DNA of 34,864 bases from an uncultured Muribaculaceae bacterium (GTDB lineage: Bacteria > Bacteroidota > Bacteroidia > Bacteroidales > Muribaculaceae): positions 1 to 34,864 of the forward strand of contig CANRZQ010000001.1 in NCBI GenBank assembly GCA_947644475.1, written 5' to 3'. Numbering within the stretch: the stretch's first letter is position 1; every line of letters starts with the position of its first letter. The position numbers were made by a program, and so were the translations under genes. Below are positions 18,246 through 27,956 of the stretch, piece by piece. The notes under the pieces were generated by a model that saw only the letters and a list, made by a program, of their open reading frames with translations, had not been told where the DNA came from and ran no database searches.

Positions 18246-18754
18246 TTCACGATTTCTGTAAGCGGTTTGCGCGATTTCTTAGGCATGACGTCGCCTTCGG
18301 CGGCGTATCCGAGAGGGAAAAGCGCGACTGGCTCCTCGTCGGCGGCAAGGTTGAGTTCGGTCCGGACAGCGTCGACATCGAAACTGCATATCCAGCATGT
18401 GGCAAGTCCTGCGGCCTCAGCGGCAAGCGCGATGTGTTCGCCGGCAATGGCGAGGTCGATGTCGGTATGGTCCTTGTTGTCGGCTGTGCGGTGCCATGCT
18501 TGGTCGTGGTGGCCGACAGCAGCGATCAGCACAGGTGCGTCGTTGAATGCCGGACGTGATTTGGCAAGCATACGTTGGCGGCGTTCTGCGTCGGTGACAA
18601 CATAAAATGTCCAGGGCTGGCGGTTGCAGGCCGACGGAGCAAGTTGGGCCGCGCAAAGCACCGCCATCACTTTTTCTTCATTCACCGGCTCGGCAGAGTA
18701 ATTGCGGCAGGAGTATCTTTTTTTGCAGAGGTCGAGAAAATCAATATATTGCAT
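18233..18754 (-). CDS. Nitroreductase-family protein
   Basis: RYSCRNY, APSACNRQPW, GLATCWI, LGY and RKPL. Confidence 0.93.
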   Translation of the reverse strand: MQYIDFLDLCKKRYSCRNYSAEPVNEEKVMAVLCAAQLAPSACNRQPWTFYVVTDAERRQRMLAKSRPAFNDAPVLIAAVGHHDQAWHRTADNKDHTDIDLAIAGEHIALAAEAAGLATCWICSFDVDAVRTELNLAADEEPVALFPLGYAAEGDVMPKKSRKPLTEIVKWVD

Positions 18755-18764
18755 GGGAGAAAAA

Positions 18765-18843
18765 AATTACGGATTAATGACGAATTATGAATGACGAATT
18801 ACGAATGGAAACATTAGTCGTTAGTCATTCGTAGTTAGTCGTT
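18765..18843. repeat. Two opposed heptamer arrays
   Basis: AATGACG/AATTATG/AATGACG/AATTACG (18776-18803), then TTAGTCG/TTAGTCA/TTCGTAG/TTAGTCG (18814-18841). Confidence 0.7.
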
Positions 18844-19796
18844 ATATTTATTGTCTTGTCAATCTCGTATTGGTTGCGGAGGGTTGAATTGCGCACTATG
18901 AGTTCGCCGATAAATCCGGCAAGGAAAAGTTGCGAGCCGAGCAGCATCAGCGTGAGCGAGAGGAAGAAGTAGGGCGAGTCTGTAACAAGAGAGTAGGGGT
19001 GCCCGGCGTGCATATGGTAAAGTTTCATTATGCCCACCACGGCCACGGCTATGGATCCGAGGAAGAACATCAGCGAGCCGAGCAGGCCGAAGAAGTGCAT
19101 CGGCTTTTTTCCGAATTTGCCGGTGAACCAAAGTGTGGCCAGGTCGAGGTATCCGTTGACAAAGCGGTCGAGCCCAAATTTAGTCGTGCCATATTTGCGG
19201 GCTTGATGGTGCACGACCTTTTCACCGATTTTGTTGAACCCGGCAAGTTTGGCGAGGTAGGGGATGTAACGGTGCATGTCGCCGTGCACCTCGATATGCT
19301 TCACCACTTTCAGGCGGTAGGCTTTAAGTCCGCAGTTGAAATCGTGAAGGTTCTTTATTCCGGACACGGCGCGGGCCGTGGCGTTGAAAAGTTTGGTCGG
19401 GATTGTCTTCGACAGCGGGTCGTAGCGTTTCTTCTTGTATCCTGACACGAGGTCGTAGCCGTCTTCGGTAATCATTCTGTAGAGTTCCGGGATTTCGTCG
19501 GGGCTGTCTTGCAGGTCGGCGTCCATTGTTATCACCACGTCGCCTTTGGCACGGGCAAATCCGGTATTCAGGGCCGGCGATTTTCCGTAATTCCGCCGGA
19601 ATGAGATGCCTCGTATGTTGGGGTTGGCCTTTTGCAGATTTTCTATTACCTGCCATGAATTGTCGGTGGAGCCGTCGTCGACAAAAATCACTTCGTAAGA
19701 GAAATGATTTTCTCTCATTACGCGGGCAATCCATGCTTCGAGTTCGGGGAGGGATTCAGCCTCGTTATATAGGGGAATTACGACAGAGATGTCCAT
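18825..19796 (-). CDS. Glycosyltransferase family 2 (polyprenol-phosphate, ArnC/DPM1-like)
   Basis: SVVIPLYNE, VDDGSTD, NYGKS, DADLQD, HDFNCGLKAY and two C-terminal TMs. Confidence 0.93.
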   Translation of the reverse strand: MDISVVIPLYNEAESLPELEAWIARVMRENHFSYEVIFVDDGSTDNSWQVIENLQKANPNIRGISFRRNYGKSPALNTGFARAKGDVVITMDADLQDSPDEIPELYRMITEDGYDLVSGYKKKRYDPLSKTIPTKLFNATARAVSGIKNLHDFNCGLKAYRLKVVKHIEVHGDMHRYIPYLAKLAGFNKIGEKVVHHQARKYGTTKFGLDRFVNGYLDLATLWFTGKFGKKPMHFFGLLGSLMFFLGSIAVAVVGIMKLYHMHAGHPYSLVTDSPYFFLSLTLMLLGSQLFLAGFIGELIVRNSTLRNQYEIDKTINITTNYE

Positions 19797-19814
19797 TGTT
19801 ATTCAGTTGTGTGG

Positions 19815-20333
19815 TTATTTTTTTACGATTGCCTTCACAAGTCCGGCCTCAATCATTGAGAGCATTGCCCCGGAGAAACTGCCGAGCCATATAACAGTGA
19901 ATGTGAGCATTATTGGCGATGGGAGGAGTTTGCGGTCTATTGCTTTCTGGAGCGTAGCGGCGAATGTCTCAAATTCGGGTATTTGCGAATAGAGGTCGAC
20001 GGCAAGCCGCGCCTGGGTGTAAATGAAGCCGGTGTTGATGAAGCGCATGTAGATGAATGAGGCCAGGCCAAGAATGAGGCTTCCGCAGAGAAATACCATG
20101 ATTCCGTGCATCCACAGGCCAGAAAAAGTGGTCAAAAGCCGGTCGTAGCGGTAAGAGCGGCGCAGCATCACCCACAGCACGGCCGGCACGGCCACAAGCA
20201 GGGCGTCGGCCACAAGTGTGGCGGCAAGCGAGCCTTGCGCAAGGGTCTGCAAGGCCACGGCTGCCACAAACAGCAGCCCCATCCATGCTCCGTCTTCGGC
20301 TCCGCGGGTGTATATTGATTTGGTAGGTAGCAT
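19815..20333 (-). CDS. DUF4199-family membrane protein
   Basis: Four TM segments; usual position before this GT2. ATG at 20333 avoids the overlap with the upstream kinase. Confidence 0.75.
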   Translation of the reverse strand: MLPTKSIYTRGAEDGAWMGLLFVAAVALQTLAQGSLAATLVADALLVAVPAVLWVMLRRSYRYDRLLTTFSGLWMHGIMVFLCGSLILGLASFIYMRFINTGFIYTQARLAVDLYSQIPEFETFAATLQKAIDRKLLPSPIMLTFTVIWLGSFSGAMLSMIEAGLVKAIVKK

Positions 20334-20362
20334 CTTGATTATATTGATTGAGGAATTTGGAA

Positions 20363-21331
20363 TCAGCCCGACACGAGATTTCGCAGGGCAAAATGCCAGT
20401 CGCGGAATGTATATATCATAGGAGTGATAAAAGGCATGAATCGCATTTTTCGTTGCGGGGTGTAGATTTTCAATGCTCCGTGAATACAACGGATGTCGGC
20501 CACCGTGCCCATTTCCGTGGGCTCGCCGTCGAGATGGGCCGGGCCGCTGCTGTTGCGTGTAATCACGATGTGGCTGCCCCGCAATTTTTCAATCTGGCTG
20601 TTGTGAGGAATCATGCCTGTGAGCATGTCGATGCCAACAAGGAGAGTGCGCAGATGGTCGGCATCCTTTATTATTATCACATCGAGCAGTCCGTCCTTGA
20701 TTGATGCCTGCGGAGCGATAAAGGCATTATTGCCATATTGCGAGGCATTGCAGCAAGCCACGAGGAATGCTTTGCGTGAGTAGGTCTCGCCGTCGACCTT
20801 TATTGTGTATTCCTCGCCCTGGTAGTCCTTGTATTCGGATATCGCGCTGTTGAGATAAGTGATAAGGCCGCGTTTTCCTGCGCGGGCAAAGCGGTCGGAC
20901 ACGGCAGCGTCGAATCCCCAGCCGAAAGTGCAGAAGAACGGGCGTCCGTTTGCCGTGGCATAGTCGCAGGGGGTGACATGCTCGCGCGCGATTACGTCGA
21001 CAGAAGTCAGGATGTCGATAGGGATTCCGAGATGGCGGGCGAGGCCGTTGCCGCTTCCGGCCGGGATAATGCCCAGAGGAATGTCTGAGCCGCACATCGC
21101 CTTGGCCGTTTCGTTTACAGTGCCGTCGCCACCGCAAGCCAGGACGGCGCGGTAGCCCATGCCTATTGCCTCGCCGGCAAGCCGTGTGGCATCGCCACGG
21201 CCGGTGGTAAAGGCCGTGTCGATTTCAATGCCGTGCCTGCGAAAGCGAGTCTCAATCTTCTCGACTGCACCTTTTTTAGAGCATGTGCCGGATATTGGAT
21301 TTACTATGAGAAACAGCCTGTGTCGAAACAT
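20363..21331 (-). CDS. Diacylglycerol/lipid kinase family (YegS/BmrU)
   Basis: IVNPISG, GGDGTVNE, PAGSGNGLA, YGNN and HLDGE. Confidence 0.93.
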   Translation of the reverse strand: MFRHRLFLIVNPISGTCSKKGAVEKIETRFRRHGIEIDTAFTTGRGDATRLAGEAIGMGYRAVLACGGDGTVNETAKAMCGSDIPLGIIPAGSGNGLARHLGIPIDILTSVDVIAREHVTPCDYATANGRPFFCTFGWGFDAAVSDRFARAGKRGLITYLNSAISEYKDYQGEEYTIKVDGETYSRKAFLVACCNASQYGNNAFIAPQASIKDGLLDVIIIKDADHLRTLLVGIDMLTGMIPHNSQIEKLRGSHIVITRNSSGPAHLDGEPTEMGTVADIRCIHGALKIYTPQRKMRFMPFITPMIYTFRDWHFALRNLVSG

Positions 21332-21335
21332 ACGG

Positions 21336-21393
21336 CAAAGTTACGTTTTTTTCTCCGAATATTTGTTTGATATACAAAAAAATTGTACCTTTG
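21336..21393. promoter_or_regulatory. Divergent promoters for the lipid kinase operon and the amylase
   Basis: Plus strand: TTTG (21362-65), N20, TACCTTTG (21386-93). Minus strand: TAACTTTG (21343-21336), 4 nt before the kinase ATG. Confidence 0.65.
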
Positions 21394-21487
21394 TGGCCGA
21401 AAAGCCGCCGCCGATTTGGCGGCATATTGCTGAAGAATCATTATCATACTTACCTATAAATCTGAAACTCAAATCATTAGATTAATT

Positions 21488-23296
21488 ATGAACACAAGAC
21501 GATACATTCCTGTCATCGCCTCGGTGCTTTTTGGCGCCGCCTCGACTTTGGCAGCCGGCTGGCCGTCGGACTATCAGGGTGTCATGCTTCAAGGATTTTA
21601 CTGGGACTCGTTTAACGACACCAAATGGTCTAATCTCGAATCACAGGCCGACGAACTCTCCAAGAGTTTCTCGCTGATATGGATACCTAACAGCGCACGC
21701 GACCAGCAAGGCGGCGGACGCTCGATGGGATATACTCCTGTATATTGGTTCACCAACCACAATACGATATTCGGCACCGAGGCTGAGTTGCGCTCGATGA
21801 TTGCCACATATAAGGAAAAAGGCACCGGCATAATCGAAGATGTGGTTATCAATCACCGTTGCGGCGCTACCAACTGGACCGATTTTCCCGCCGAGACGTG
21901 GCGCGGCACCACCTATAAACTTGGCCCCGAACACATATGCTCCACCGACGAGGTGCGCAATCAGTCGGGTCAGGCAAAACCGACAGGCGCGCCCGACACC
22001 GGCGACGATTTCGACGGTGCGCGCGACCTCGACCATACATCTGCTGCCGTGCAGGAAAATTGCAAGGCTTATTGCCAGTTCCTTCTTGAAGATATGGGCT
22101 ATGCCGGTTTCCGATACGATATGGTGAAAGGCTATGCCGGCAAATATACCAAAATCTACAACGAGTACTCGCAGCCGGAATTTTCGGTCGGCGAATACTG
22201 GGACGGCAATTACGATGCCGTAAAAGCCTGGATCGACGCCACCGGCAAGACCTCGGCCGCTTTCGACTTTCCGTTCAAATATGCAGTGAACGATGCGTTT
22301 GCCTCGTCGGACCTCACCAAACTTGTGTGGAAAGCCAACGGCACCAACCCGCAGCCTGCCGGCATGATTCATTACGGCTACCAGCAATACTCCGTTACAT
22401 TCATCGACAATCACGACACCTACCGCGACGGGTCGAAGTTTACCGGCAATGTCATCGCTGCCAACGCCTTTATGCTTTGCTCGCCCGGCACACCGTGCGT
22501 GTTCCTGCCCCACTGGAAAAGTTTCAAGAACGAGATCAAGCGTCTCATCGCCGTGCGCAACGCCGTGGGCGTGCACAACATGAGCGCGGTGAAAGTGCTC
22601 CAGTCTTCCAAAGATTGCTATATGGCCGAGGTGACCGGCACCAACGGTAAACTTGTGGTGAAGATCGGCTCGGCATTTGTCTCGCCCGAAGGCTACACCA
22701 ACGACGATATAAAAGTGTCCGGTTCCGATTATTGCGTGTGGACTAAGACAAACGTGGAATTTGAGCCAGTCGACCCTTATGAATCACTCCCCGAGAAACT
22801 CTATCTCGTGGGACATGTCAACGGTTATGCATGGGCCACCGACAAAGGCATCGAGGCACAGCGCGAAGGCTCTACATATACATTTAATAATGTAACAGTA
22901 AACTCATCGGGCACAGCCTTCGCCGGATACTTCTCGTTTGTCACCACCCTCGGCGATACATGGGACGATGTGAACTCGGGCGACCGCTACGGCGCATCCA
23001 CCAAAGATGAGTCGATTGCTACCGGGGAGTCGGCTGCGATAGTGCGCTATCCCGCCGATGTGAACGCATCCTCTGCCCAGTCGTGGTCGGCACGTCCGTA
23101 TGTCTACAACATTACCGCCGACCTTGCATCGATGCGCGTTACCCTTTCCGGTCCGTCCGGCATTGATGATGCCGCCGTGGATGCCGATGCAGAGCCTGAA
23201 TACTACAACCTGCAAGGCGTTCGCGTCGACAATCCCGGCCCCGGCATCTATATCGTGCGCCGCGGCACGGCTGTGACCAAGGAAATGATAAGATAA
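21488..23296 (+). CDS. Secreted GH13 alpha-amylase with a C-terminal SusE/F-like module and T9SS signal
   Basis: MLQGFYW, DVVINH, GFRYDMVKG, GEYWD, FIDNHD; LYLVGHVNGYAW module; CTD SGIDD..EYYNLQG..IYIVRRG. Confidence 0.93.
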   Translation: MNTRRYIPVIASVLFGAASTLAAGWPSDYQGVMLQGFYWDSFNDTKWSNLESQADELSKSFSLIWIPNSARDQQGGGRSMGYTPVYWFTNHNTIFGTEAELRSMIATYKEKGTGIIEDVVINHRCGATNWTDFPAETWRGTTYKLGPEHICSTDEVRNQSGQAKPTGAPDTGDDFDGARDLDHTSAAVQENCKAYCQFLLEDMGYAGFRYDMVKGYAGKYTKIYNEYSQPEFSVGEYWDGNYDAVKAWIDATGKTSAAFDFPFKYAVNDAFASSDLTKLVWKANGTNPQPAGMIHYGYQQYSVTFIDNHDTYRDGSKFTGNVIAANAFMLCSPGTPCVFLPHWKSFKNEIKRLIAVRNAVGVHNMSAVKVLQSSKDCYMAEVTGTNGKLVVKIGSAFVSPEGYTNDDIKVSGSDYCVWTKTNVEFEPVDPYESLPEKLYLVGHVNGYAWATDKGIEAQREGSTYTFNNVTVNSSGTAFAGYFSFVTTLGDTWDDVNSGDRYGASTKDESIATGESAAIVRYPADVNASSAQSWSARPYVYNITADLASMRVTLSGPSGIDDAAVDADAEPEYYNLQGVRVDNPGPGIYIVRRGTAVTKEMIR

Positions 23297-23388
23297 AGTC
23301 TACCAAAAGGAATTGAAATTGTGATTTTTGGCTTTTAATGCCAAGAATCACAATTTTTTTTGTAAATTTGCACCGCAGTAATCGCATA

Positions 23389-24183
23389 ATGACGCGCCTG
23401 TTGCTTATATTATTAATGACAGTGTCTGCTTTCCTGATGAGCGTAGCCGAGGAGAGCAAGCCTTTTGTCGTGGTGATTGATGCCGGTCACGGTGGCAAGG
23501 ATATAGGCTGCAAAGGCAAACTCACCAATGAAAAGACTATCGTGCTCGACGTTGCAAAACGTCTGGGCAGCAAGATAAGCAAGAAATACGGCGACAAGGT
23601 AAAGGTTGTGTATACACGGTCGACCGACAAGTTTGTCGAACTGGCCGACCGCGCCAAAATTGCCAACGATGCCCACGGAAATCTTTTCATATCGATACAT
23701 GTAAATTCAGTCGACAAAAAGTCGCGCGGACGCACCACGGTAAAAGGAGCAAGTGTGTACACCTGCGGGCTGCACAAGTCGGATGCCAACCTGCGTGTGG
23801 CCATGCGCGAGAACTCGGTGATGGAACTCGAAAAGAACAGCCGCTCGCGTTACAAGGATTTCGACCCGAACTCTTCGGAATCATATATAATATTTGAACT
23901 TACGCAAAACGCTCACCTCAACCAGAGCCTCGACTTTGCATCCCGGGCCCAGCGCAATCTTGTAAATAAGGCCGGCCGCGCCGACAAAGAAGTGCGCCAG
24001 GCCGGATTCTGGGTGCTTTGGAGCGTGTCGATGCCGTCGGTGCTTGTAGAACTCGATTTTATATGCAACCCGACGTCTGAGAAATTCCTCCATTCCGACT
24101 CCGGGAAAGAAAAATGCGCCACGGCTCTCTTTGAGGCGTTCGACGGCTATTACAAAGATCAGAAAAAAACACAAGGAAAATGA
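23389..24183 (+). CDS. N-acetylmuramoyl-L-alanine amidase (Amidase_3)
   Basis: IDAGHGGKD, FISIHVN and SVLVE; signal peptide from ATG 23389; -7 element TAAATTTG at 23363-23370. Confidence 0.93.
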   Translation: MTRLLLILLMTVSAFLMSVAEESKPFVVVIDAGHGGKDIGCKGKLTNEKTIVLDVAKRLGSKISKKYGDKVKVVYTRSTDKFVELADRAKIANDAHGNLFISIHVNSVDKKSRGRTTVKGASVYTCGLHKSDANLRVAMRENSVMELEKNSRSRYKDFDPNSSESYIIFELTQNAHLNQSLDFASRAQRNLVNKAGRADKEVRQAGFWVLWSVSMPSVLVELDFICNPTSEKFLHSDSGKEKCATALFEAFDGYYKDQKKTQGK

Positions 24184-25076
24184 AAAAGATATTTCGCAAA
24201 GAAGTTATAATAGGAATATGTGTGCTTGTGGCTCTTGCCATTCTCATACTTGGCATCGATTTCCTCAAAGGCATCAACGTGTTCAAACCCACCAACTACT
24301 ACTATGCGTCGTTTGAGAACGTCGAAGGCCTTGCCGTGTCGTCGCCCGTAATGCTCAACGGTTTCAAGGTAGGGCAGGTGCGGGAGATGGAATATGAGTT
24401 CGACAATCCCGGCCATGTGCTGGTCGAGATGTCGCTCGACAGCCGCCTCAAAGTGCCGCAGGGCTCAAAAGCCGTGCTTGGCACCGACATACTCGGCACA
24501 GCGTCGATAGTGCTTCATCTGTCGTCGTCGGCAACCGACCACAATGTAGGCGACCGTCTTGTGGGCGAAAACGCCTCGTCGCTTCTTGCCTCGGCCGGCG
24601 ACATGCTTCCGGCTGTCCAGCAGATATTCCCCAAAATCGACACCTTGCTCACCAATCTCAATGCAGTGGTTGCGGATCCGGCCCTCACGGCTTCTGTGAA
24701 ACGCCTCGACGCCATATCGGCAAACTTGCAGACCACCACTCAGCGTCTTGCCGCCGCCACAGCGCAACTCGGCCCCATCGCTGCCGATGTGAAGCAGATA
24801 ACAGGCAACACCTCCAACATAACGTCAGACCTTGCCGAACTCTCCGGGCAGATGAAGAATCTGCCCCTTGACTCGCTGGTTGCCGACTTGCAGGTCACAA
24901 CTGCCAATCTGCGCGCGCTCTCCGACGAACTCGGCAAGCCAAACTCAACGCTTGGCCGTCTGATCAACGACCCCTCGCTTTACGACAACCTCAATACCAC
25001 CATATCATCTCTCGACTCGCTTTTTGTCGACATAAAGAAAAATCCCAAACGCTACATTTCAATTAAGTTGCTCTAA
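24180..25076 (+). CDS. MlaD/MCE-family protein
   Basis: N-terminal TM, GL..SSPV.LNGFKVGQV, helical region and DIKKNPKRY; ATGA overlap with the amidase. Confidence 0.9.
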   Translation: MKKIFRKEVIIGICVLVALAILILGIDFLKGINVFKPTNYYYASFENVEGLAVSSPVMLNGFKVGQVREMEYEFDNPGHVLVEMSLDSRLKVPQGSKAVLGTDILGTASIVLHLSSSATDHNVGDRLVGENASSLLASAGDMLPAVQQIFPKIDTLLTNLNAVVADPALTASVKRLDAISANLQTTTQRLAAATAQLGPIAADVKQITGNTSNITSDLAELSGQMKNLPLDSLVADLQVTTANLRALSDELGKPNSTLGRLINDPSLYDNLNTTISSLDSLFVDIKKNPKRYISIKLL

Positions 25077-25091
25077 GTGTTCGAAAGTTGA

Positions 25092-25157
25092 TTAGTCATT
25101 ATTAGCCTTTGGTCATTAGTAATTGGTAATTGGTCATTAGTCATTAGTCATTAGTTA
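25092..25157. repeat. TT(A/G)GT(C/A)A heptamer tandem array
   Basis: Eight contiguous units at 25102-25157 plus one at 25092-25098. Confidence 0.85.
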
Positions 25158-25185
25158 TTGATAGTAACCTAAAATATCTCTATAA

Positions 25186-26715
25186 ATGTCAGAAATCAGA
25201 GTGCGTTTCGCCCCCTCTCCCACGGGGCCGCTCCACATAGGAGGTGTCCGCACAGCCCTGTATAACTATCTTTTCGCTCGCCAGCACGGCGGCAAGATGA
25301 TTCTCCGTATAGAAGACACCGACTCCCAGCGTTTCGTGCCCGGAGCCGAAGAATATATCAACGAGGCACTCGCATGGCTCGGAATAGAAATAGACGAAGG
25401 CGTGCGCGAAGGAGGCCCTTACGGACCTTACAAGCAGAGCGAACGCCGCGACATCTACCGTGAGCACACCCGCATGCTTCTCGACGCAGGCAAAGCCTAT
25501 ATAGCGTTTGACACACCTGCCGAACTCGAAGCCGCCCGTGCCGCCACACCTAATTTTCAGTACGATGCGTCGACGCGCATGTCGATGCGCAACTCCCTGT
25601 CGCTTCCCGCTGATGAAGTGAAACGCCTTCTCGACGAGGGTGCCCAGTATGTGGTGCGTTTCCGCATCGAGCCGGGCCGTAATGTTGAGGTTAACGACCT
25701 CATCCGCGGCAAAGTAGTGATAAAGAGCGACATCCTCGACGATAAAGTGCTTTACAAGTCGGCCGACGACCTGCCAACCTATCACCTTGCCAATATCGTA
25801 GACGACCATCTGATGAAAGTGTCGCATGTGATTCGCGGCGAGGAATGGCTTCCATCCGCACCTCTCCATGTGCTCCTTTACGAAGCATTCGGATGGGCCG
25901 ACACCATGCCAGCCTTTGTCCACCTTCCGCTCCTGCTCAAGCCCGACGGCAAAGGCAAACTCTCCAAGCGCGACGGCGACCGTCTTGGCTTCCCGGTGTT
26001 CCCCCTCGAATGGCACGACCCCAAGTCGGGCGACATCTCGTCGGGCTACCGCGAAAGCGGATACCTCCCCCATGCCGTTGTCAACTTCCTCGCTCTTCTG
26101 GGCTGGAATCCCGGCGACGACACGGAAATAATGTCGATGGACGAACTCATACAGAAATTCTCACTCGACCATTGCTCGAAAGCAGGAGCAAAATTCGCTT
26201 TCGAGAAAGGCAAGTGGTTCAACCACACATATTTGCAGGCTATGCCGGATGCCGACCTTGCCATGCTTTTCAAACCTGTGCTTGAAGCCAACGGCGTGAA
26301 TCCGGCCGATTTTACTGATGAATATATTACACGTGCCGTATCGCTTGTGAAAGGTCGCATCAATTTTGTGAAAGACCTTTGGGAACAAGCCCGCTTCTTC
26401 TTCACAGCCCCCGAGGCATATGCCGAGAAGGATGTGAAAAAACGATGGAAGCCGGAAACTCCCGCCCAACTCACAGAATTGGCCGCTCTCCTTGAAGGCC
26501 TCGACGACTTTGCCGGAGCCGATACCGAGCCGACGGTGCTCGCCTGGATTGCCGACAAGGGCTATCATCTTGGCAATGTGATGAACGCTTTCCGTCTTAC
26601 AGTAGTGGGCGAGTGCAAGGGCCCGCATATGTTCGACATCACCGCATTGCTCGGACGCGACGAGACATTGGCACGCTTGCGCGCCGGTATAGAACGAATC
26701 ATCCCGGCGGAATGA
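25186..26715 (+). CDS. gltX: Glutamate--tRNA ligase
   Basis: [29 protein letters not shown] and KLSKR. Confidence 0.98.
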   Translation: MSEIRVRFAPSPTGPLHIGGVRTALYNYLFARQHGGKMILRIEDTDSQRFVPGAEEYINEALAWLGIEIDEGVREGGPYGPYKQSERRDIYREHTRMLLDAGKAYIAFDTPAELEAARAATPNFQYDASTRMSMRNSLSLPADEVKRLLDEGAQYVVRFRIEPGRNVEVNDLIRGKVVIKSDILDDKVLYKSADDLPTYHLANIVDDHLMKVSHVIRGEEWLPSAPLHVLLYEAFGWADTMPAFVHLPLLLKPDGKGKLSKRDGDRLGFPVFPLEWHDPKSGDISSGYRESGYLPHAVVNFLALLGWNPGDDTEIMSMDELIQKFSLDHCSKAGAKFAFEKGKWFNHTYLQAMPDADLAMLFKPVLEANGVNPADFTDEYITRAVSLVKGRINFVKDLWEQARFFFTAPEAYAEKDVKKRWKPETPAQLTELAALLEGLDDFAGADTEPTVLAWIADKGYHLGNVMNAFRLTVVGECKGPHMFDITALLGRDETLARLRAGIERIIPAE

Positions 26716-27956
26716 ATCCAGTCTACAACGCCGGAATAGCCCTGTACTCTGCCGCCGCGCGTGTTGCCGCGCTTAAATCCGGAAAGGCCCGAAGGCTGGT
26801 TGCCGGTCATAAGCAGACATTTCCGCGGCTCGGAGACTATGCCGGAAAGCAATTCGACGTGTGGATTCATGCCGCGTCGGTGGGAGAGTTTGAGCAGGCT
26901 CGCCCGTTGATAGAGCGGATACGCGCCCAACATCCACATTGGAAAATACTCCTGTCGTTTTTCTCTCCGTCGGGCTTCGAACTGCGCAAGAACTACGACA
27001 AGGTGGACTGTGTCGTGTATCTGCCCTTCGATACTCCCGCCAATGCCCGCAAGTTTGTTGAGGCAGTAAATCCGCGTGTGGCCATTTTCGTAAAATACGA
27101 ATTCTGGGGTAATTATCTCTCGGAACTTAAACGCCGCGAAATCCCCACATATATTATATCGGCTATATTCCGTCCCGGCCAGCGTTTTTTCAAGCGTTGG
27201 GGCGGAATGTGGCGTCGGCTGCTGAGGTGCTTCACACATCTTTATGTGCAGGACCGCGCATCTGCCGACTTGCTGCGCGGCATAGGCATTGAGAATGTGA
27301 CCGTGGCGGGCGACACGCGCTTCGACCGAGTGGCCGCTGTGCGCTCGCAGCGTCTCGACATGCCTTATCTCGAGCAATGGGCCGCTCCCTTTACGATGAT
27401 TGCCGGCAGTTCGTGGGAGGCCGATGAGGAAATATACCTGCGTTGGCTTGCCGCACATCCCGAGGTTAAAATTATAATCGCTCCTCACGAATTCGACGAC
27501 CGGCGTATCGCGGCGCTCCGTGAGGCCATTCCCGGAAAATCGGTGCTGATCACCGATATAATGCAGAAAGGACGTGTCGACGATGATGTCCGTGCTGTTA
27601 TCGTAAACTGTTTCGGCAAATTGTCGGCTCTTTACCGCTGCGGACACGTGGCCCTGATAGGTGGCGGATTTGGCGCGGGGATCCATAATATCAATGAGGC
27701 CGCTGTTTACGGCATGCCTGTGATTTTTGGCCCGAGGCACAATAAGTTCAAGGAGGCGTCAGACTTGATAGAACTTGGCGGCGGTTTCGAATACCACGAC
27801 CTGGATTCGCTCTCATCAGTAATGTCGCGGCTCTGTGCCTCCGGACAGGCGCTTTCAAAAGCCGCGTCGGTCTGCGAGAAATATATCGCCGGCAATATCG
27901 GTGCCACAGAAAAAATTTATAATCTCATCTTCTCTGAAAACAATCCTGAAAAATGA
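26712..27956 (+). CDS. waaA: 3-deoxy-D-manno-octulosonic acid (Kdo) transferase
   Basis: [23 protein letters not shown] and [21 protein letters not shown]; ATGA overlap with gltX. Confidence 0.93.
   Translation: MNPVYNAGIALYSAAARVAALKSGKARRLVAGHKQTFPRLGDYAGKQFDVWIHAASVGEFEQARPLIERIRAQHPHWKILLSFFSPSGFELRKNYDKVDCVVYLPFDTPANARKFVEAVNPRVAIFVKYEFWGNYLSELKRREIPTYIISAIFRPGQRFFKRWGGMWRRLLRCFTHLYVQDRASADLLRGIGIENVTVAGDTRFDRVAAVRSQRLDMPYLEQWAAPFTMIAGSSWEADEEIYLRWLAAHPEVKIIIAPHEFDDRRIAALREAIPGKSVLITDIMQKGRVDDDVRAVIVNCFGKLSALYRCGHVALIGGGFGAGIHNINEAAVYGMPVIFGPRHNKFKEASDLIELGGGFEYHDLDSLSSVMSRLCASGQALSKAASVCEKYIAGNIGATEKIYNLIFSENNPEK

Noticed and set aside
20334-20489. Upstream extension of the DUF4199 ORF
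   Set aside because: Overlaps the kinase gene; ATG 20333 is more plausible.
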